A stretch of 64,000 bases of DNA from a virus (IMGVR_UViG_3300021978_000001:64001-128000), one strand, 5' to 3'; positions 46,877 to 56,998 are shown, numbered from the stretch's first letter. Notes: generated by a model not told the origin, from the letters alone. Numbers and translations: made by a program.

Positions 46877-48577
46877 TTACTGAGGACCGCGCAGGACATC
46901 GGTGCCGCCGAAGTTATTGACCGAGAACGTCACAGGGTCACCGACCTTCCATTGCTCATAGGTCTCCAGGGATACCTCGAACTCTCTGGAGTACCCATGT
47001 TCAGGCTTGAACGCCTTCGGGTCCTTATCATACCCGAGGGTGACGTAGTAGCTCCCCTTTGTACGCGTGCGCTCGTGGACACCAGGGGACGCCTCGGGCC
47101 AACGGGGCTCGTTGGTACCGCTCAGGTTGTACGTCCCCGCAGAAGCCCAACGCTGCGTCTTGTACTGGCACCAGGGGCGTGTCACGGAGCGCTCGCACAT
47201 GCGGTCCACCACGTCGTGGTCATGGATAGGCTCCTGGTGCGACTTCGTGCATGTCGAGTCTTCCATGGTGTAGGTGATGTCCGTGCACGTCGTGTTCTCC
47301 CAGGTGCGCACGCGCTTACGGCACGTCGAATCCACCATCTTGGTGCAATAGGTAGTCACGCAAGAGCGCTTGGCCGATCCGTTGGATTTGCGCTTCGTCG
47401 AGCACTTCTCTCCACAGGCCACGCGCTCCGCCTTGCGACAGGACACCATCTTGGTCTCCCAGATCGGCTTCTTGCATGGCTTGACCTTCTCGTGTCGGAC
47501 ACGCTTTTTACACGGCTCCTCGGTGACCACGGTCTTCATGTGGCGGCATGCCACCTCACGCTGGCCACACACATACTGCTCGTTGTGGTGATGCTTGGGC
47601 GCGCATGACACGATATGCACACCCGCGCGCTCACCTGTGCCTTTCGTGGGCGGCACCTCGGGGATCTCTCGGATGTTCTCTTGCCAGTCTTCCTTGTACA
47701 CGTTCTCCCAACGCTCGACGTACAACGTGCGCTCCCAACGCATGGCTTCGACGTTGCCGTCCACCTCGTGTGAGGTACATCCCCACCGCAAGAACAGGAT
47801 GAGCCCCGAGATCATGCCTCCCCAGAAGAGGACGAACATCACCCGGTGAGGGATGTACCGAACCTGTGACGTGGACTTCGGCGCCACGGGTTCGATCCGT
47901 GGGATCTTCATCTCGGGCGGATCTTCGGGTGTCTCGTGCGCTTCTGCCTCCTGCGCTTCTGCCTCCTGCGCGTCAGCATTCTGAGCATCATACTCGACCG
48001 AACTCGGGAGGTCGGTATCTTCCCACTCGGGGCGCGCTTCATGCGTCTCTTCTTTCATCTGCGCCTTGAACGCAGAGCGCCCTTCTTGTGCGCGTTCGAG
48101 CTGACTCGCATGCGCATCGTCCATGTCAAAGGACAGCCCTTGCGCCGCGCGCATTCCGGCATACTCACCAAACTGTTCCACAAGGAACGCAGACACGCCC
48201 TGGTCCCCGTCCATGTAAGCCTGGAAGGTCTCGTAATCGAGCGCGTCTCTCAGGTCATCATCGGAAGCTCCACGGCTCGCATGACAATGATGACACTCGC
48301 GCTCATCGGCGTAGTTATCCGCCTGACAGTTGGTGCAGAACCAGCTCGCCCCGAGGTCCCCGAAGCGCGCTTCCTCTTCAGGCGTGAACGCGCGCTCCTC
48401 GTGGTTCCACTCATCCCAGGACTCATCATCACCCGGGAGATAGGCGTTATCGAACTCGACGAAGGTTCTTGTATGGCCACACTCCGGGCACGAACGGTGG
48501 CGCGGGCTACAGGGTATCCCTTGCAGTCCGCAGTCCGTACAATCCCAGAGCATCCAATAGGAGGTATCTCTACTCAT
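46877..48577 (-). CDS. Membrane protein with RanBP2-type Zn fingers and Cys-rich extracytoplasmic domain
   Basis: WDCTDC..CPECG, WFCTNC..CHHC, central TM, many C-terminal Cys. Confidence 0.8.
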   Translation of the reverse strand: MSRDTSYWMLWDCTDCGLQGIPCSPRHRSCPECGHTRTFVEFDNAYLPGDDESWDEWNHEERAFTPEEEARFGDLGASWFCTNCQADNYADERECHHCHASRGASDDDLRDALDYETFQAYMDGDQGVSAFLVEQFGEYAGMRAAQGLSFDMDDAHASQLERAQEGRSAFKAQMKEETHEARPEWEDTDLPSSVEYDAQNADAQEAEAQEAEAHETPEDPPEMKIPRIEPVAPKSTSQVRYIPHRVMFVLFWGGMISGLILFLRWGCTSHEVDGNVEAMRWERTLYVERWENVYKEDWQENIREIPEVPPTKGTGERAGVHIVSCAPKHHHNEQYVCGQREVACRHMKTVVTEEPCKKRVRHEKVKPCKKPIWETKMVSCRKAERVACGEKCSTKRKSNGSAKRSCVTTYCTKMVDSTCRKRVRTWENTTCTDITYTMEDSTCTKSHQEPIHDHDVVDRMCERSVTRPWCQYKTQRWASAGTYNLSGTNEPRWPEASPGVHERTRTKGSYYVTLGYDKDPKAFKPEHGYSREFEVSLETYEQWKVGDPVTFSVNNFGGTDVLRGPQ

Positions 48578-48945
48578 GTGTCTTCCTTGTGATAAAGGCA
48601 CTTGCTCAGTGCGTGCGGATGCCTCAACCAATCCTCAGAACCCACCATGCACTGCACATGGTAGTGGTACGCGGTCGAGTCATCTTCCGGGTGCGTGTAC
48701 GTGCCGCTCAGGTGCCACAGGAGCGTGCTGTCCTTCTCGTGGGATACACGCTCAAGGATCTTGTGGTTGGCGATCCCGAGGCTCCCGAGATACCCGAGCG
48801 CGTCGAACACACCATCGAAGGTACCGAGCCACGCGGTAGGCGCTTCAGGCGTCCCGAGATAGAGCTGCCACACCATGGGGGTTTGCTTCAAGTAGCGTTC
48901 CCAGGCGAGCGCCTCTTCACGGGTTCGTTCCGTCTTTTCGCTCAT
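48574..48945 (-). CDS. Hypothetical protein
   Basis: TGATG overlap. Confidence 0.7.
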   Translation of the reverse strand: MSEKTERTREEALAWERYLKQTPMVWQLYLGTPEAPTAWLGTFDGVFDALGYLGSLGIANHKILERVSHEKDSTLLWHLSGTYTHPEDDSTAYHYHVQCMVGSEDWLRHPHALSKCLYHKEDT

Positions 48946-49385
48946 CACATCTCCGGCAAGCGTCCGATACGGCACGCGTTGAGGGTCAAGACCCCCTGCG
49001 TATCGTTTCGTTGGATATGGAAGTAAAACGCGGTCGCGAGCAAGCCTTCCTCGACCTGCTCGTACTCCATGTCATACATCGACATGGCGCCGTAGGTCAA
49101 GTAACACGCCTCGACCACATCGAAGAACCCTTCGCTTGCCTTGACGATCTCTCCTGTGGGGTCTCCTGAACCGCCGCGCGCTACCGCCACCCAGAGCCAA
49201 TGCGGGCGTTGCAACCCTGGCTTGGGTTCACGCGGCTCTCCTACATGGTCCTCGAAGAAAGCCTGCACGCTGACGCCCTCGAACTCGTCGAGTTCATCGG
49301 GTTCGAGACCTTGTGTAATGGTCGGGTCCAGCTCCACGATCGGGAGCTGTTCGATTCGGAACTGCTTTTTGGGGTCACGGATCAT
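48945..49385 (-). CDS. Hypothetical protein
   Basis: AGGAG RBS behind promoter at 49422. Confidence 0.7.
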   Translation of the reverse strand: MIRDPKKQFRIEQLPIVELDPTITQGLEPDELDEFEGVSVQAFFEDHVGEPREPKPGLQRPHWLWVAVARGGSGDPTGEIVKASEGFFDVVEACYLTYGAMSMYDMEYEQVEEGLLATAFYFHIQRNDTQGVLTLNACRIGRLPEM

Positions 49386-49453
49386 GGTCGATCTCCTGTC
49401 GTGTTGTTTCGTCACCACAAGTATCTACCATATTTGACGGGAGGCGTAAAGAC

Positions 49454-50155
49454 TTATCTCCAGACGCAGTGCTTGTAGGTATCGAACACCAGGTTCCCGG
49501 CGAGGGTGGTATCCTTACGCGGACTCTTGGCGCGCACCACACCCTTGAGCGTGATCTGGTCTACCGCGTAAGGCGCCAGGTCGATCGAACCGTTTACATT
49601 GAGCGCAGTCGTGACTCCAGCCTGGTCGATGTCAGAACCCCAGGCAACACGGTAGTCAGGCAAGCCCTTCTGCGCGATGTCGAGTGTTGCCCAGGAAAGA
49701 AAGGACAGATCACCACCCTCTGCATACAGGATAGCGTGCTTGAGGTGGATGTGATCTGCGTTGCGGAACGCGCGTGGGAGGTAGAACTTGTCCGTAAACT
49801 CGATGGTCGAATACACCCCCTGGAGCTTCACCGATTCGATCTCTTCCGGGTTCACCTTGTGGATGACCTCCTCGTACACACACTGCTCGGTTTTAGGTGC
49901 CGTGCCCATATCAGCATCAAGGCTCATATCAGGAGACGTCAGAACCCATCCAGCGTCACGCTCAGGGTCTTCATGCTCTCGTGGAGGGGGTAGAGTAGGC
50001 GCGTAGGACACGCGACCCGTAGAATCAGGCTCCGTAACCTCTGGAGGTGCGATCGTTTCGGCGTCAGGAGCGCCTTTGTCTGCGCGGGACCATCCACACC
50101 CCACCACAAAGGCCATCAAGATGGCGATCATCGTCAACGGGGCGAGGTGGTTCAT
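49454..50155 (-). CDS. Lipoprotein
   Basis: Signal peptide with lipobox VVG-C. Confidence 0.75.
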   Translation of the reverse strand: MNHLAPLTMIAILMAFVVGCGWSRADKGAPDAETIAPPEVTEPDSTGRVSYAPTLPPPREHEDPERDAGWVLTSPDMSLDADMGTAPKTEQCVYEEVIHKVNPEEIESVKLQGVYSTIEFTDKFYLPRAFRNADHIHLKHAILYAEGGDLSFLSWATLDIAQKGLPDYRVAWGSDIDQAGVTTALNVNGSIDLAPYAVDQITLKGVVRAKSPRKDTTLAGNLVFDTYKHCVWR

Positions 50156-50202
50156 GGCATCCTCCTTTCGTTATGTGCCACAAAACACGGATCATAAACA
50201 GG

Positions 50203-50907
50203 TTATGTGGCCCAATCATCTTCTGGCAAGGCCATCTCCCACACGAGCGAAGCATCCTCACACAGGGGGTTCACCCGGTAGTGCTCACCACGTACTTCAA
50301 TCACACCCTCATCCACGAGTTCATCGAGACAGGTCCAGGCACCATAGCGTTCAGTGAGGTCGAAGTTGAACGCGAGGCGAAGCTCTTGCAACGGGTAAGG
50401 CTTCCACAGATCACAATCCACGAGCCCCGACGTCAGGAGATCCTGCGCGCCCTTGCCCACCGTGATCGTCCCCCCATCGGTGTGCCATGGGCCGTGATCA
50501 TAGTAGTAGTCATGGATGTTCTGGCGAATGCGCGCGTCCACGTCCTCTTGTGGCACAGGGGTGGGTGGGAGGCGCTCGAAATGCTCTGCCAGGACGAAAG
50601 GTGGCAAGAGCTGCGCCACAGGGTCCAGGGTCTCTTCGAGCTGTGGGGGATGCACCCCTTTACGCGTGATCTCCTCGATCAACACACACGGGGTGAGCTT
50701 GTACCATTCCTTACCGCCGTCACCACGCCAGGGAGTGAGCAGCCTGTGCATACGCTGCTCTTGCTCCCAGGTTCCGGGCCACCACGTCACCACACGCAGC
50801 TTGTCATAGTTGGAACCTTGCATGTCCCGACGCCGGTGTTCTCCCGAGCGCCCCGTGTGCCCCAACTTGTATCGCCAGGTCTCCCCGGCGCGGATAAGAT
50901 ATATCAC
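50203..50907 (-). CDS. T5orf172/MUG113 GIY-YIG-like protein
   Basis: IYLIRA...YKLGHT...R..MQGSN...EQRMHRLL...EWY. Confidence 0.8.
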   Translation of the reverse strand: MIYLIRAGETWRYKLGHTGRSGEHRRRDMQGSNYDKLRVVTWWPGTWEQEQRMHRLLTPWRGDGGKEWYKLTPCVLIEEITRKGVHPPQLEETLDPVAQLLPPFVLAEHFERLPPTPVPQEDVDARIRQNIHDYYYDHGPWHTDGGTITVGKGAQDLLTSGLVDCDLWKPYPLQELRLAFNFDLTERYGAWTCLDELVDEGVIEVRGEHYRVNPLCEDASLVWEMALPEDDWAT

Positions 50908-50956
50908 TTCCAACCTCCTCACCCCTGTTCTACGCAAAGAAGGCGGGACGCGTTCG

Positions 50957-51805
50957 TCACCCCTTGTAAAGGCGAAGCCTGCGCGTCAAGGGGTCGAGGT
51001 CTTCTGGATAATGAGGACCGATCGCGAGCGCGGTCACGGTAGGCTCATCGAACACCGTGCGCCCTTCATCCTCGATCAAGGCTACACGCAGCCCTTTCGC
51101 GACCGCTTTCGCATGCAAGTTGCGGAGCGCCTCTTCACTCTTGACGCCCACCACGATCTTGGCATACGAGCCTTCGCGCCATGCGACATCCTCCGCGCGC
51201 ATGTTCATCTGGAGCTGGCCATGCCCCGCGTGCGGTCCTGCGGTGTTCCCGCTCCCCTGGACGGCACCCTGGAGGAACGCTTCGAGAGACGCATGCGCGG
51301 CTTGCGCGGCTGCTTTCCCGGGGGGCATCTCCAGGTCCTTTCGCAAGACGATCACTTGTTTGGGCTCACCTTTGACCTCGCGCGCGGGCTTTGCTTCGGG
51401 CGCGGGGTTACGTCGAGCTTGCGCCATGGCATCAGCAGACACATTTTTCATGCACAGGTGCGAGGTGAGCCCTCCCAGGAGTCTCCCTGCTTCGTTGGTA
51501 TGCGTACACACCGTCCCTACCACCCTGGCGGGCTTGGTCAGGGAAGCGAACTTCTGCCCCTCTACGGGTTCTGTGCAGTCGTTCCACGACCCTTCGAGCG
51601 CGACAAGGTACACCCCCGCGCCCGCCCATGTACCATCGACCATCTTGAGCGCGCCCTTGATGTAAATGAGGTACTGCAAGGCGCTCTCCAACGTGGGCCA
51701 CACCGAACCTCCCACATCTTTATAGAAGGGCGTATGCTTCCATTGCTCGTATTGCGGGAGGTTTCCAATCGTGTAGGCTTGCTTGCCCGGCCATGTGTCT
51801 TCCAT
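50957..51805 (-). CDS. pth2: Peptidyl-tRNA hydrolase Pth2 (C-terminal) fused to an unknown N-terminal domain
   Basis: KQVIVLRKDLEMPPGKAAAQAAHAS...KIVVGV...IEDEGRT...TALAIGP. Confidence 0.9.
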   Translation of the reverse strand: MEDTWPGKQAYTIGNLPQYEQWKHTPFYKDVGGSVWPTLESALQYLIYIKGALKMVDGTWAGAGVYLVALEGSWNDCTEPVEGQKFASLTKPARVVGTVCTHTNEAGRLLGGLTSHLCMKNVSADAMAQARRNPAPEAKPAREVKGEPKQVIVLRKDLEMPPGKAAAQAAHASLEAFLQGAVQGSGNTAGPHAGHGQLQMNMRAEDVAWREGSYAKIVVGVKSEEALRNLHAKAVAKGLRVALIEDEGRTVFDEPTVTALAIGPHYPEDLDPLTRRLRLYKG

Positions 51806-51846
51806 TTACTTGTTCTCCTCTATAAAACTCAGACGTTGTGTGCAGT

Positions 51847-52539
51847 TCACGTGCAGGAAGTCCAGGTCCCTCTCTTGACGCGGCGCGCGCGAGATGATGC
51901 CGCGAGATCTCGCAAGACTGTCGAGATCGCGGACCTGGGGTTACTATAGCACGACGCGTAATGAGGCACACGCTCGAACAGCTCCCTGGTCGTGACCTCC
52001 TCGTGGCCCTTCAGTTGGGCCTCGACCCAGGCAAGCAAGAGCTTGTAATGCGTGTGATACTCCTGAGCCCCACTCGGGTACCCCGCGAGAACGTCCCTGT
52101 TCTCATCACACAGCAGGAGCTTCCTGGTGTTTCGATGCAGGTATCTGTCATCGAGGCGCTCCGCTTCGATGTGTGTCGTGAAACCTTCACCATTGAAACT
52201 CATCAGACCTTGCTTGGTCCAGCGACCCCCCTTGTAAGCCTCGTCCCACTTTTTGATGGTCGCTTCGCGCGGTGTCGCGATCGTGGCACCCCAGATCTCA
52301 TCTGCGACGTGGTAGATGTCGAGCTTCCACGCCTGACGTCTCAAGGTTTTATCCGAGCGTCGCTTCATCTCGACCGCCACCACATACTCGGGGCAGTTGC
52401 AGGGACCTGTATGCCCCACGTGGTCGATGAAGATACTCTTCCCAAACATGGCTACCTCGCCATGCACGCACAACCCGCGCGCTCGCAGGTGTGCAATAAC
52501 ATGGGGCGATAGCTCCAACTCTGTTGTCAACTTGGTCAT
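51847..52539 (-). CDS. Putative PD-(D/E)xK nuclease-like protein with C-terminal wHTH
   Basis: E...IDHV...VAVEMK motif. Confidence 0.5.
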   Translation of the reverse strand: MTKLTTELELSPHVIAHLRARGLCVHGEVAMFGKSIFIDHVGHTGPCNCPEYVVAVEMKRRSDKTLRRQAWKLDIYHVADEIWGATIATPREATIKKWDEAYKGGRWTKQGLMSFNGEGFTTHIEAERLDDRYLHRNTRKLLLCDENRDVLAGYPSGAQEYHTHYKLLLAWVEAQLKGHEEVTTRELFERVPHYASCYSNPRSAISTVLRDLAASSRARRVKRGTWTSCT

Positions 52540-52622
52540 GCGCTCTCCTTTCGCGTAAGCCGTTTATACCACATGTTATAAGAGGTGTATAGTGCAGTAC
52601 ACGTTATGTCGCGAGAAAGGAG

Positions 52623-52913
52623 GTGTGCATGTGGCGTACAACGTTGGTTTTGGGAGTCCTGACGTTCTTCTGTGTTGGCGTGATCTGGTGGTGGCTTCCG
52701 ATCAAGGAAGGCTCTGCACCGCAAGAGGAAGAGGTGATCACGTTTAGCCCCGCGCAGCTCGTGCCCAAATACTCCGATGAGTACCTGGAGTATTGCGCGG
52801 ACCCCGCACCGGATGGCGCGCTCATGTCCATGGTCAATGGCACCTGGGTCGAGGGTGATCCCGACTTCTGCATGGGCGAGAAGAGCGAAGCCGAGATCTT
52901 CGGGTACCGCTAA
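52623..52913 (+). CDS. Small membrane/secreted protein (the only plus-strand gene supported)
   Basis: AGGAGG RBS and N-terminal TM; divergent from promoter 52563-52591. Confidence 0.75.
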   Translation: MCMWRTTLVLGVLTFFCVGVIWWWLPIKEGSAPQEEEVITFSPAQLVPKYSDEYLEYCADPAPDGALMSMVNGTWVEGDPDFCMGEKSEAEIFGYR

Positions 52914-53375
52914 TCACTCGTCCATAAAGGGGTTACCCAGAACACGGTTAAGGTCTGCTTCCTGTCGCCGTATCATAGTCTTGAGTTCATCCTGGGTGAG
53001 TTGTTCGACCACCTTCGAGTGTAACAACATCAGCACGGCATACAGCCCACACGCCGTTTCCTTCCAATGCGGACATTCAGTCAAGCATCCCTCTGTATAA
53101 GGACCCCGACCGGATGGCACATGATCGAAGCGTACCACAAAAAGGTCGTCTGGACGCTTGATCACGCGGCAGCTATACACCATCGTGTCCGCGAGATCCA
53201 AACTGTCGAGCATGGTCGGAAAGTACCTGCGGCTGCATGGGATACCCCGATGCGCGGGCCAATGCTCATGCCCCCATGCCGCGAGAAAAGCGTGCAGGTT
53301 ATTGACGTAGCGCACCAGGTCTGGGTGCTTCTCCATGGTGAGAAACGCCTGGAAGCTCTCAGACCGGGTTATCAT
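52914..53375 (-). CDS. Hypothetical protein
   Basis: GGAGG RBS before MITRSESF. Confidence 0.65.
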   Translation of the reverse strand: MITRSESFQAFLTMEKHPDLVRYVNNLHAFLAAWGHEHWPAHRGIPCSRRYFPTMLDSLDLADTMVYSCRVIKRPDDLFVVRFDHVPSGRGPYTEGCLTECPHWKETACGLYAVLMLLHSKVVEQLTQDELKTMIRRQEADLNRVLGNPFMDE

Positions 53376-54369
53376 CACTGTCCTCCCCGCTCGCGTCTTG
53401 TGCTGTAAGGTTATGCAAGCCCCAGACAGACGATGCCACGACCGCTTCGATGAAGTCTCCCGAGGTGTCCCCAGGTTCTTCCTCTTCTTCCGAGGTGTCC
53501 AACGTGATGCCCATCTCTCGCAGCAGGTGTGCATTCTGACGCAGCAAGTTTATCGCTTGCTCTCGGGTCGCTTCCCTGGCCTCACGCATGCGATCTGGGA
53601 TCACGTAACCCTCGGGGCGCTCTCCATCACTCGCGGGAACTGCTACACCATCACGAATCACAACCCCCGTTGTACTGTAGACCGCAGGGTCGATGTCATC
53701 ACTTGAGTACGTCGTTGGTACAGTCGTTGGCACAGTCCCGAGAGACCCCGCGAAGATCTCACCACAAGGGTTCTGGTCGATGCGTCCGGGGCGGGTGACC
53801 TCCCACCGAGGCCCCTGATCACGTGGACCCCACGCACGCTCATCCTCTGGAAGCTCTGTAGCATTCCTGTCCAGAAAACCATCGCGCATGATGGAAGCAA
53901 GCCAGCGCTGGAATTGGGTATGATTTATGGTAGACGCGTTCGCGTTGGTCTTGAACTCCGCTACCATGGTGGGGGCCGCGTGAACCTCGGAGCGATCATC
54001 GAGCTTCAAACGAGGAGCCTCCCCTTCATTCATGCATAGGTGCAAGAGACGCAGCTCTTCAAGAAGATACGCCCCCACACGTTGCCATGTCGCATGGTTT
54101 CCGAAATAAGTGATGTGGCCGCAATCTCTCCGCGCCACCAGCACAGAGTCGTACATCACCGTCAATACGCGCGCACCTTCGATGCACGCGGGTCTCTCCT
54201 GTGCTTCTCCCATGATGCAAGCACCCAGGGGGTAGATAAGAGGCTGGCCTTCCTCCTGTTCCACAAAGGCCGCCGCTGCCTCGAAGAGATGCATGGTATG
54301 TTGCACTTGAATGGGATGTGCCTGGACATGCGCGAGAGCTTGCCAGGATGCGGAACGTATCAGTGTCAT
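53359..54369 (-). CDS. Hypothetical protein
   Basis: ATGA overlap. Confidence 0.7.
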   Translation of the reverse strand: MTLIRSASWQALAHVQAHPIQVQHTMHLFEAAAAFVEQEEGQPLIYPLGACIMGEAQERPACIEGARVLTVMYDSVLVARRDCGHITYFGNHATWQRVGAYLLEELRLLHLCMNEGEAPRLKLDDRSEVHAAPTMVAEFKTNANASTINHTQFQRWLASIMRDGFLDRNATELPEDERAWGPRDQGPRWEVTRPGRIDQNPCGEIFAGSLGTVPTTVPTTYSSDDIDPAVYSTTGVVIRDGVAVPASDGERPEGYVIPDRMREAREATREQAINLLRQNAHLLREMGITLDTSEEEEEPGDTSGDFIEAVVASSVWGLHNLTAQDASGEDSDDNPV

Positions 54370-54887
54370 GCTATCTCCTCACCGTTATCTCGTGTACGCA
54401 AGACCATGGCGGCACGAAACACGGGCTTGTAGTCTCCCTTATTAAACACAGGAGGCTCCTGAGCGCGTGTGGGCGCTTCTGAGCGCTTCGTTTTCGTGAG
54501 CGTGACTCGGAGCTGCGTAGGGCTTAAACGTTCAACAGGGGGGCCACACGGAAACCTGCGGTGGTGTCTCGACAGCTCCGTGAGAAAGTATTGCGCCAAC
54601 TCTTTCCAGTGATACTCGATCCTGCAATAGAACGCGCGGCTTTTCCCGGGAGAAGCATCGAGACCTACAGGCACACCAGCCCTCCACACGATCTTGTGAG
54701 CGTGCTTGAGAAACGAAGGAAGCACCGTCTCGCCCTCTCGTCTCGCCGGATATGTAGGCTCCACACCCTCGGGTAGCTCCACGAACATCATCAAAGCATC
54801 GAACAAGTGCTTGATATGCTTTACATGCTCGGGGTGATTCTCAGCATAGGCCAGGGCAAGCATTTCATCGGAGCGCGTGAGCGTCAT
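54366..54887 (-). CDS. Hypothetical protein
   Basis: ATGA overlap. Confidence 0.7.
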   Translation of the reverse strand: MTLTRSDEMLALAYAENHPEHVKHIKHLFDALMMFVELPEGVEPTYPARREGETVLPSFLKHAHKIVWRAGVPVGLDASPGKSRAFYCRIEYHWKELAQYFLTELSRHHRRFPCGPPVERLSPTQLRVTLTKTKRSEAPTRAQEPPVFNKGDYKPVFRAAMVLRTRDNGEEIA

Positions 54888-55993
54888 TTGGACCCCTTCT
54901 CTTTCATACGCGCGGTCCAGTCCTGATACTTGCGCAGGTTCTTCTGCATGTCTTCGCAGCCTTCGAGCGCCCTGGCGACGATTTGAAGCGTCTCCTCACA
55001 CTTCGCATCGAAATCCTCCGAGGCTTGGATGCGGTATCGAGTTGCCCAGGTGAACGCGTCAGGCCAGTGCAGCATGCAACGCGTCCAACCATCCCAAACC
55101 TGATCACACACTGCAATCGCTTCTGCCTCGGTCTCACGCCGCGCCGCGTTGTTCGCGGTGGTATAGCCCGAAGCGCGCGCGGCGGTGTCGAGATGCAGGA
55201 TCAGATCATATCCCTCCCGCCAGTCCTCACTGCTACGGTACAGGGGGCAGTAATCAGATTCCTCGTAACGAAAAATGTGCTTCCAGAACTGCGGGGCCAC
55301 GTAAGAAAGGATGTCAGGGATCGAGCGGTCCAGGAGAATCACCGTCGGTCCCGGAAACGGCATCCTCGTGGTTTGCTCTTCGAGCGTCGTTTGCATCTTG
55401 AGCAGGGAACGCTCGAACTTGATCAATCCTTCATGCGTCGAAAGCATCTCTCCGATAGGGAACCCGGACTCCACGAGCGCGGTGACCGTCTCCGGGACCA
55501 CGACAGCATGAAAGCCCATATCCTGGATCATCTCGGTAAGGTAAGGGATCAACGTGCTCTTGCCGCTCCCTGGACCCCCCGTCAATGCGATCGTGTACGT
55601 CTGGAACACGTCCTGGCGCCAGCACACGAAATTCGAGAGCTTCTGGTCGAGGTCGAGGCGCACAAGGGGCGTGTCCACATGTGAGACCTCTTCGTAGACT
55701 TCGACGTAAGGCCCACCCTCCTCTTCCCCGACCGCCATGACCCTGAACTCACCGTAACGATTACTCCCGGGATCGTAAGACCCCAGGAGTTTGGGTAAGG
55801 GCGCCTCTCCCCAGGCATAGTCGCTGCCATCTTCCTGGAGGGGCATGTAACGCAAGGTCATCCCGGGTCGCAGCGCCTTCAGTGCTTGCGTGAGGTCATC
55901 TGACAGACGAAAAGGGGCAGGCCACGTGGACTCACGCTCCTGCAAATCAGCAAAGGACACTTCTTTTTGCTCGGGCGTGTCGGACATGTGCAC
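54884..55993 (-). CDS. P-loop NTPase (AAA_28/NadR-TTD14-like)
   Basis: IALTGGPGSGKST, VVPETVT, LLDRS. Confidence 0.85.
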   Translation of the reverse strand: MHMSDTPEQKEVSFADLQERESTWPAPFRLSDDLTQALKALRPGMTLRYMPLQEDGSDYAWGEAPLPKLLGSYDPGSNRYGEFRVMAVGEEEGGPYVEVYEEVSHVDTPLVRLDLDQKLSNFVCWRQDVFQTYTIALTGGPGSGKSTLIPYLTEMIQDMGFHAVVVPETVTALVESGFPIGEMLSTHEGLIKFERSLLKMQTTLEEQTTRMPFPGPTVILLDRSIPDILSYVAPQFWKHIFRYEESDYCPLYRSSEDWREGYDLILHLDTAARASGYTTANNAARRETEAEAIAVCDQVWDGWTRCMLHWPDAFTWATRYRIQASEDFDAKCEETLQIVARALEGCEDMQKNLRKYQDWTARMKEKGSK

Positions 55994-56038
55994 CTCTTGA
56001 GACTGACACTAAGAATGAATGCGAACCCTGAAGGAAAG

Positions 56039-56110
56039 TGACCGTGGGGGGAATCGAACCCCCAACCATGGCTTTTAGAGAGCCTTGCTCTGCCGTTGAG
56101 CTACACGGTC
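56039..56110 (-). tRNA. Amber suppressor tRNA (anticodon CUA)
   Basis: GACCGTG-TA-GCTC AACGGCA GAGC-A-AGGCT CTCTAAA AGCCA-TGGTT-GGGGG TTCGATT CCCCC-CACGGTC-A. Confidence 0.92.
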
Positions 56111-56213
56111 ATGTGTGATGGAAGGTGTCTTCTAGTGTTTGCCGGACCAGAAGCAAGCGTATAAGCCAAAGCAAAGTACGATTCACCTTCCACCACAAAG
56201 GTGGAGACAGATA

Positions 56214-56241
56214 GGTACATCCCCGCAGGTGCGGGGAGCCT
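56214..56241 (-). CRISPR. Solitary type I-E-like repeat
   Basis: AGGCTCCCCGCACCTGCGGGGATGTACC; 21/28 to the array repeat with hairpin intact. Confidence 0.7.
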
Positions 56242-56338
56242 CCAACCTGATTCCTGTCCCGGCATCTCCGGCTTCCCTGGACAGGATGAACGTACCTTAC
56301 CCCAATGTTGGGAGCGTTGTCAAGCTGACCTACGCATT

Positions 56339-56455
56339 TTACTGTACCAACCCGAGTTTTTTCAGTTGGTGGCCTTGTGTCGCGGCCAACGCGTCTCGTT
56401 CCTCGGGGGTCATGCGCGCCCAAAAGCCTCGACCCTGATCCTTGAACTCGTGCAT
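56339..56455 (-). CDS. Small ORF (38 aa, MHEFKDQG...)
   Basis: AGGAAG RBS immediately after the NTase gene. Confidence 0.45.
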   Translation of the reverse strand: MHEFKDQGRGFWARMTPEERDALAATQGHQLKKLGLVQ

Positions 56456-56459
56456 GGGG

Positions 56460-56936
56460 TCATGCACTTCCTCTCAATGCAATGGCGAGCTTCTCAAGCT
56501 CTTCCTTGTCTATACTGTATCCTCGACCCGTGTACTTGATGAGCGTCTTGAGTGCGCCTACCGGACTCCACACCTCACCTGCTATCACGAGTCGCTTCTC
56601 TCTTCGGTCTCGCACCGCATCGACACACGACGCGACCAGGTTCCCTTCACGGTCCCGGGCCACCTGCATACACCGAAACAACGTCTTCGCGAACCAGGCA
56701 TCGAGTGCCATGGGTGCGATGACATCGACCGCGAGCGCGTTCTCTTTCTGGTAAGTCGCGCGCCAACGTTTGCTGTTGGCGAGCACATACCCTTCATGCT
56801 CCAGGAGTCTCGCGAGGTGATTCAAGGCGGTCTCCGAGGTCGGTAACACGTCAATGTCCCGGGCATCCTCGAAATCCAGATAGCTCCCCACGACCACGCA
56901 CCCCACAGGGAGCACGAACGGTACTGTATTCTCCAT
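56460..56936 (-). CDS. Minimal nucleotidyltransferase-fold protein (possibly CCA-adding/tRNA repair)
   Basis: VVGS...DARDIDV catalytic motif, DVI third acid, KY..RGY. Confidence 0.6.
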   Translation of the reverse strand: MENTVPFVLPVGCVVVGSYLDFEDARDIDVLPTSETALNHLARLLEHEGYVLANSKRWRATYQKENALAVDVIAPMALDAWFAKTLFRCMQVARDREGNLVASCVDAVRDRREKRLVIAGEVWSPVGALKTLIKYTGRGYSIDKEELEKLAIALRGSA

Positions 56937-56959
56937 CGAGAACCTCTCACTACAAAAAA

Positions 56960-56998
56960 GGGTACCTTACTTGATGTCTCCTGTCAAGTAAGGTACCC
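56960..56998 (-). promoter_or_regulatory. 15-bp inverted repeat (TACTTGA-N9-TCAAGTA) overlapping TTGACA-17-TACCCT promoter; also terminator-like
   Basis: GGGTACCTTACTTGA / TCAAGTAAGGTACCC followed by a T-run on the minus strand. Confidence 0.75.

Noticed and set aside
53240-53260. CCCCGATGCGCGGG resembling the I-E repeat
   Set aside because: Inside a coding region, incomplete hairpin, and flanks do not match.
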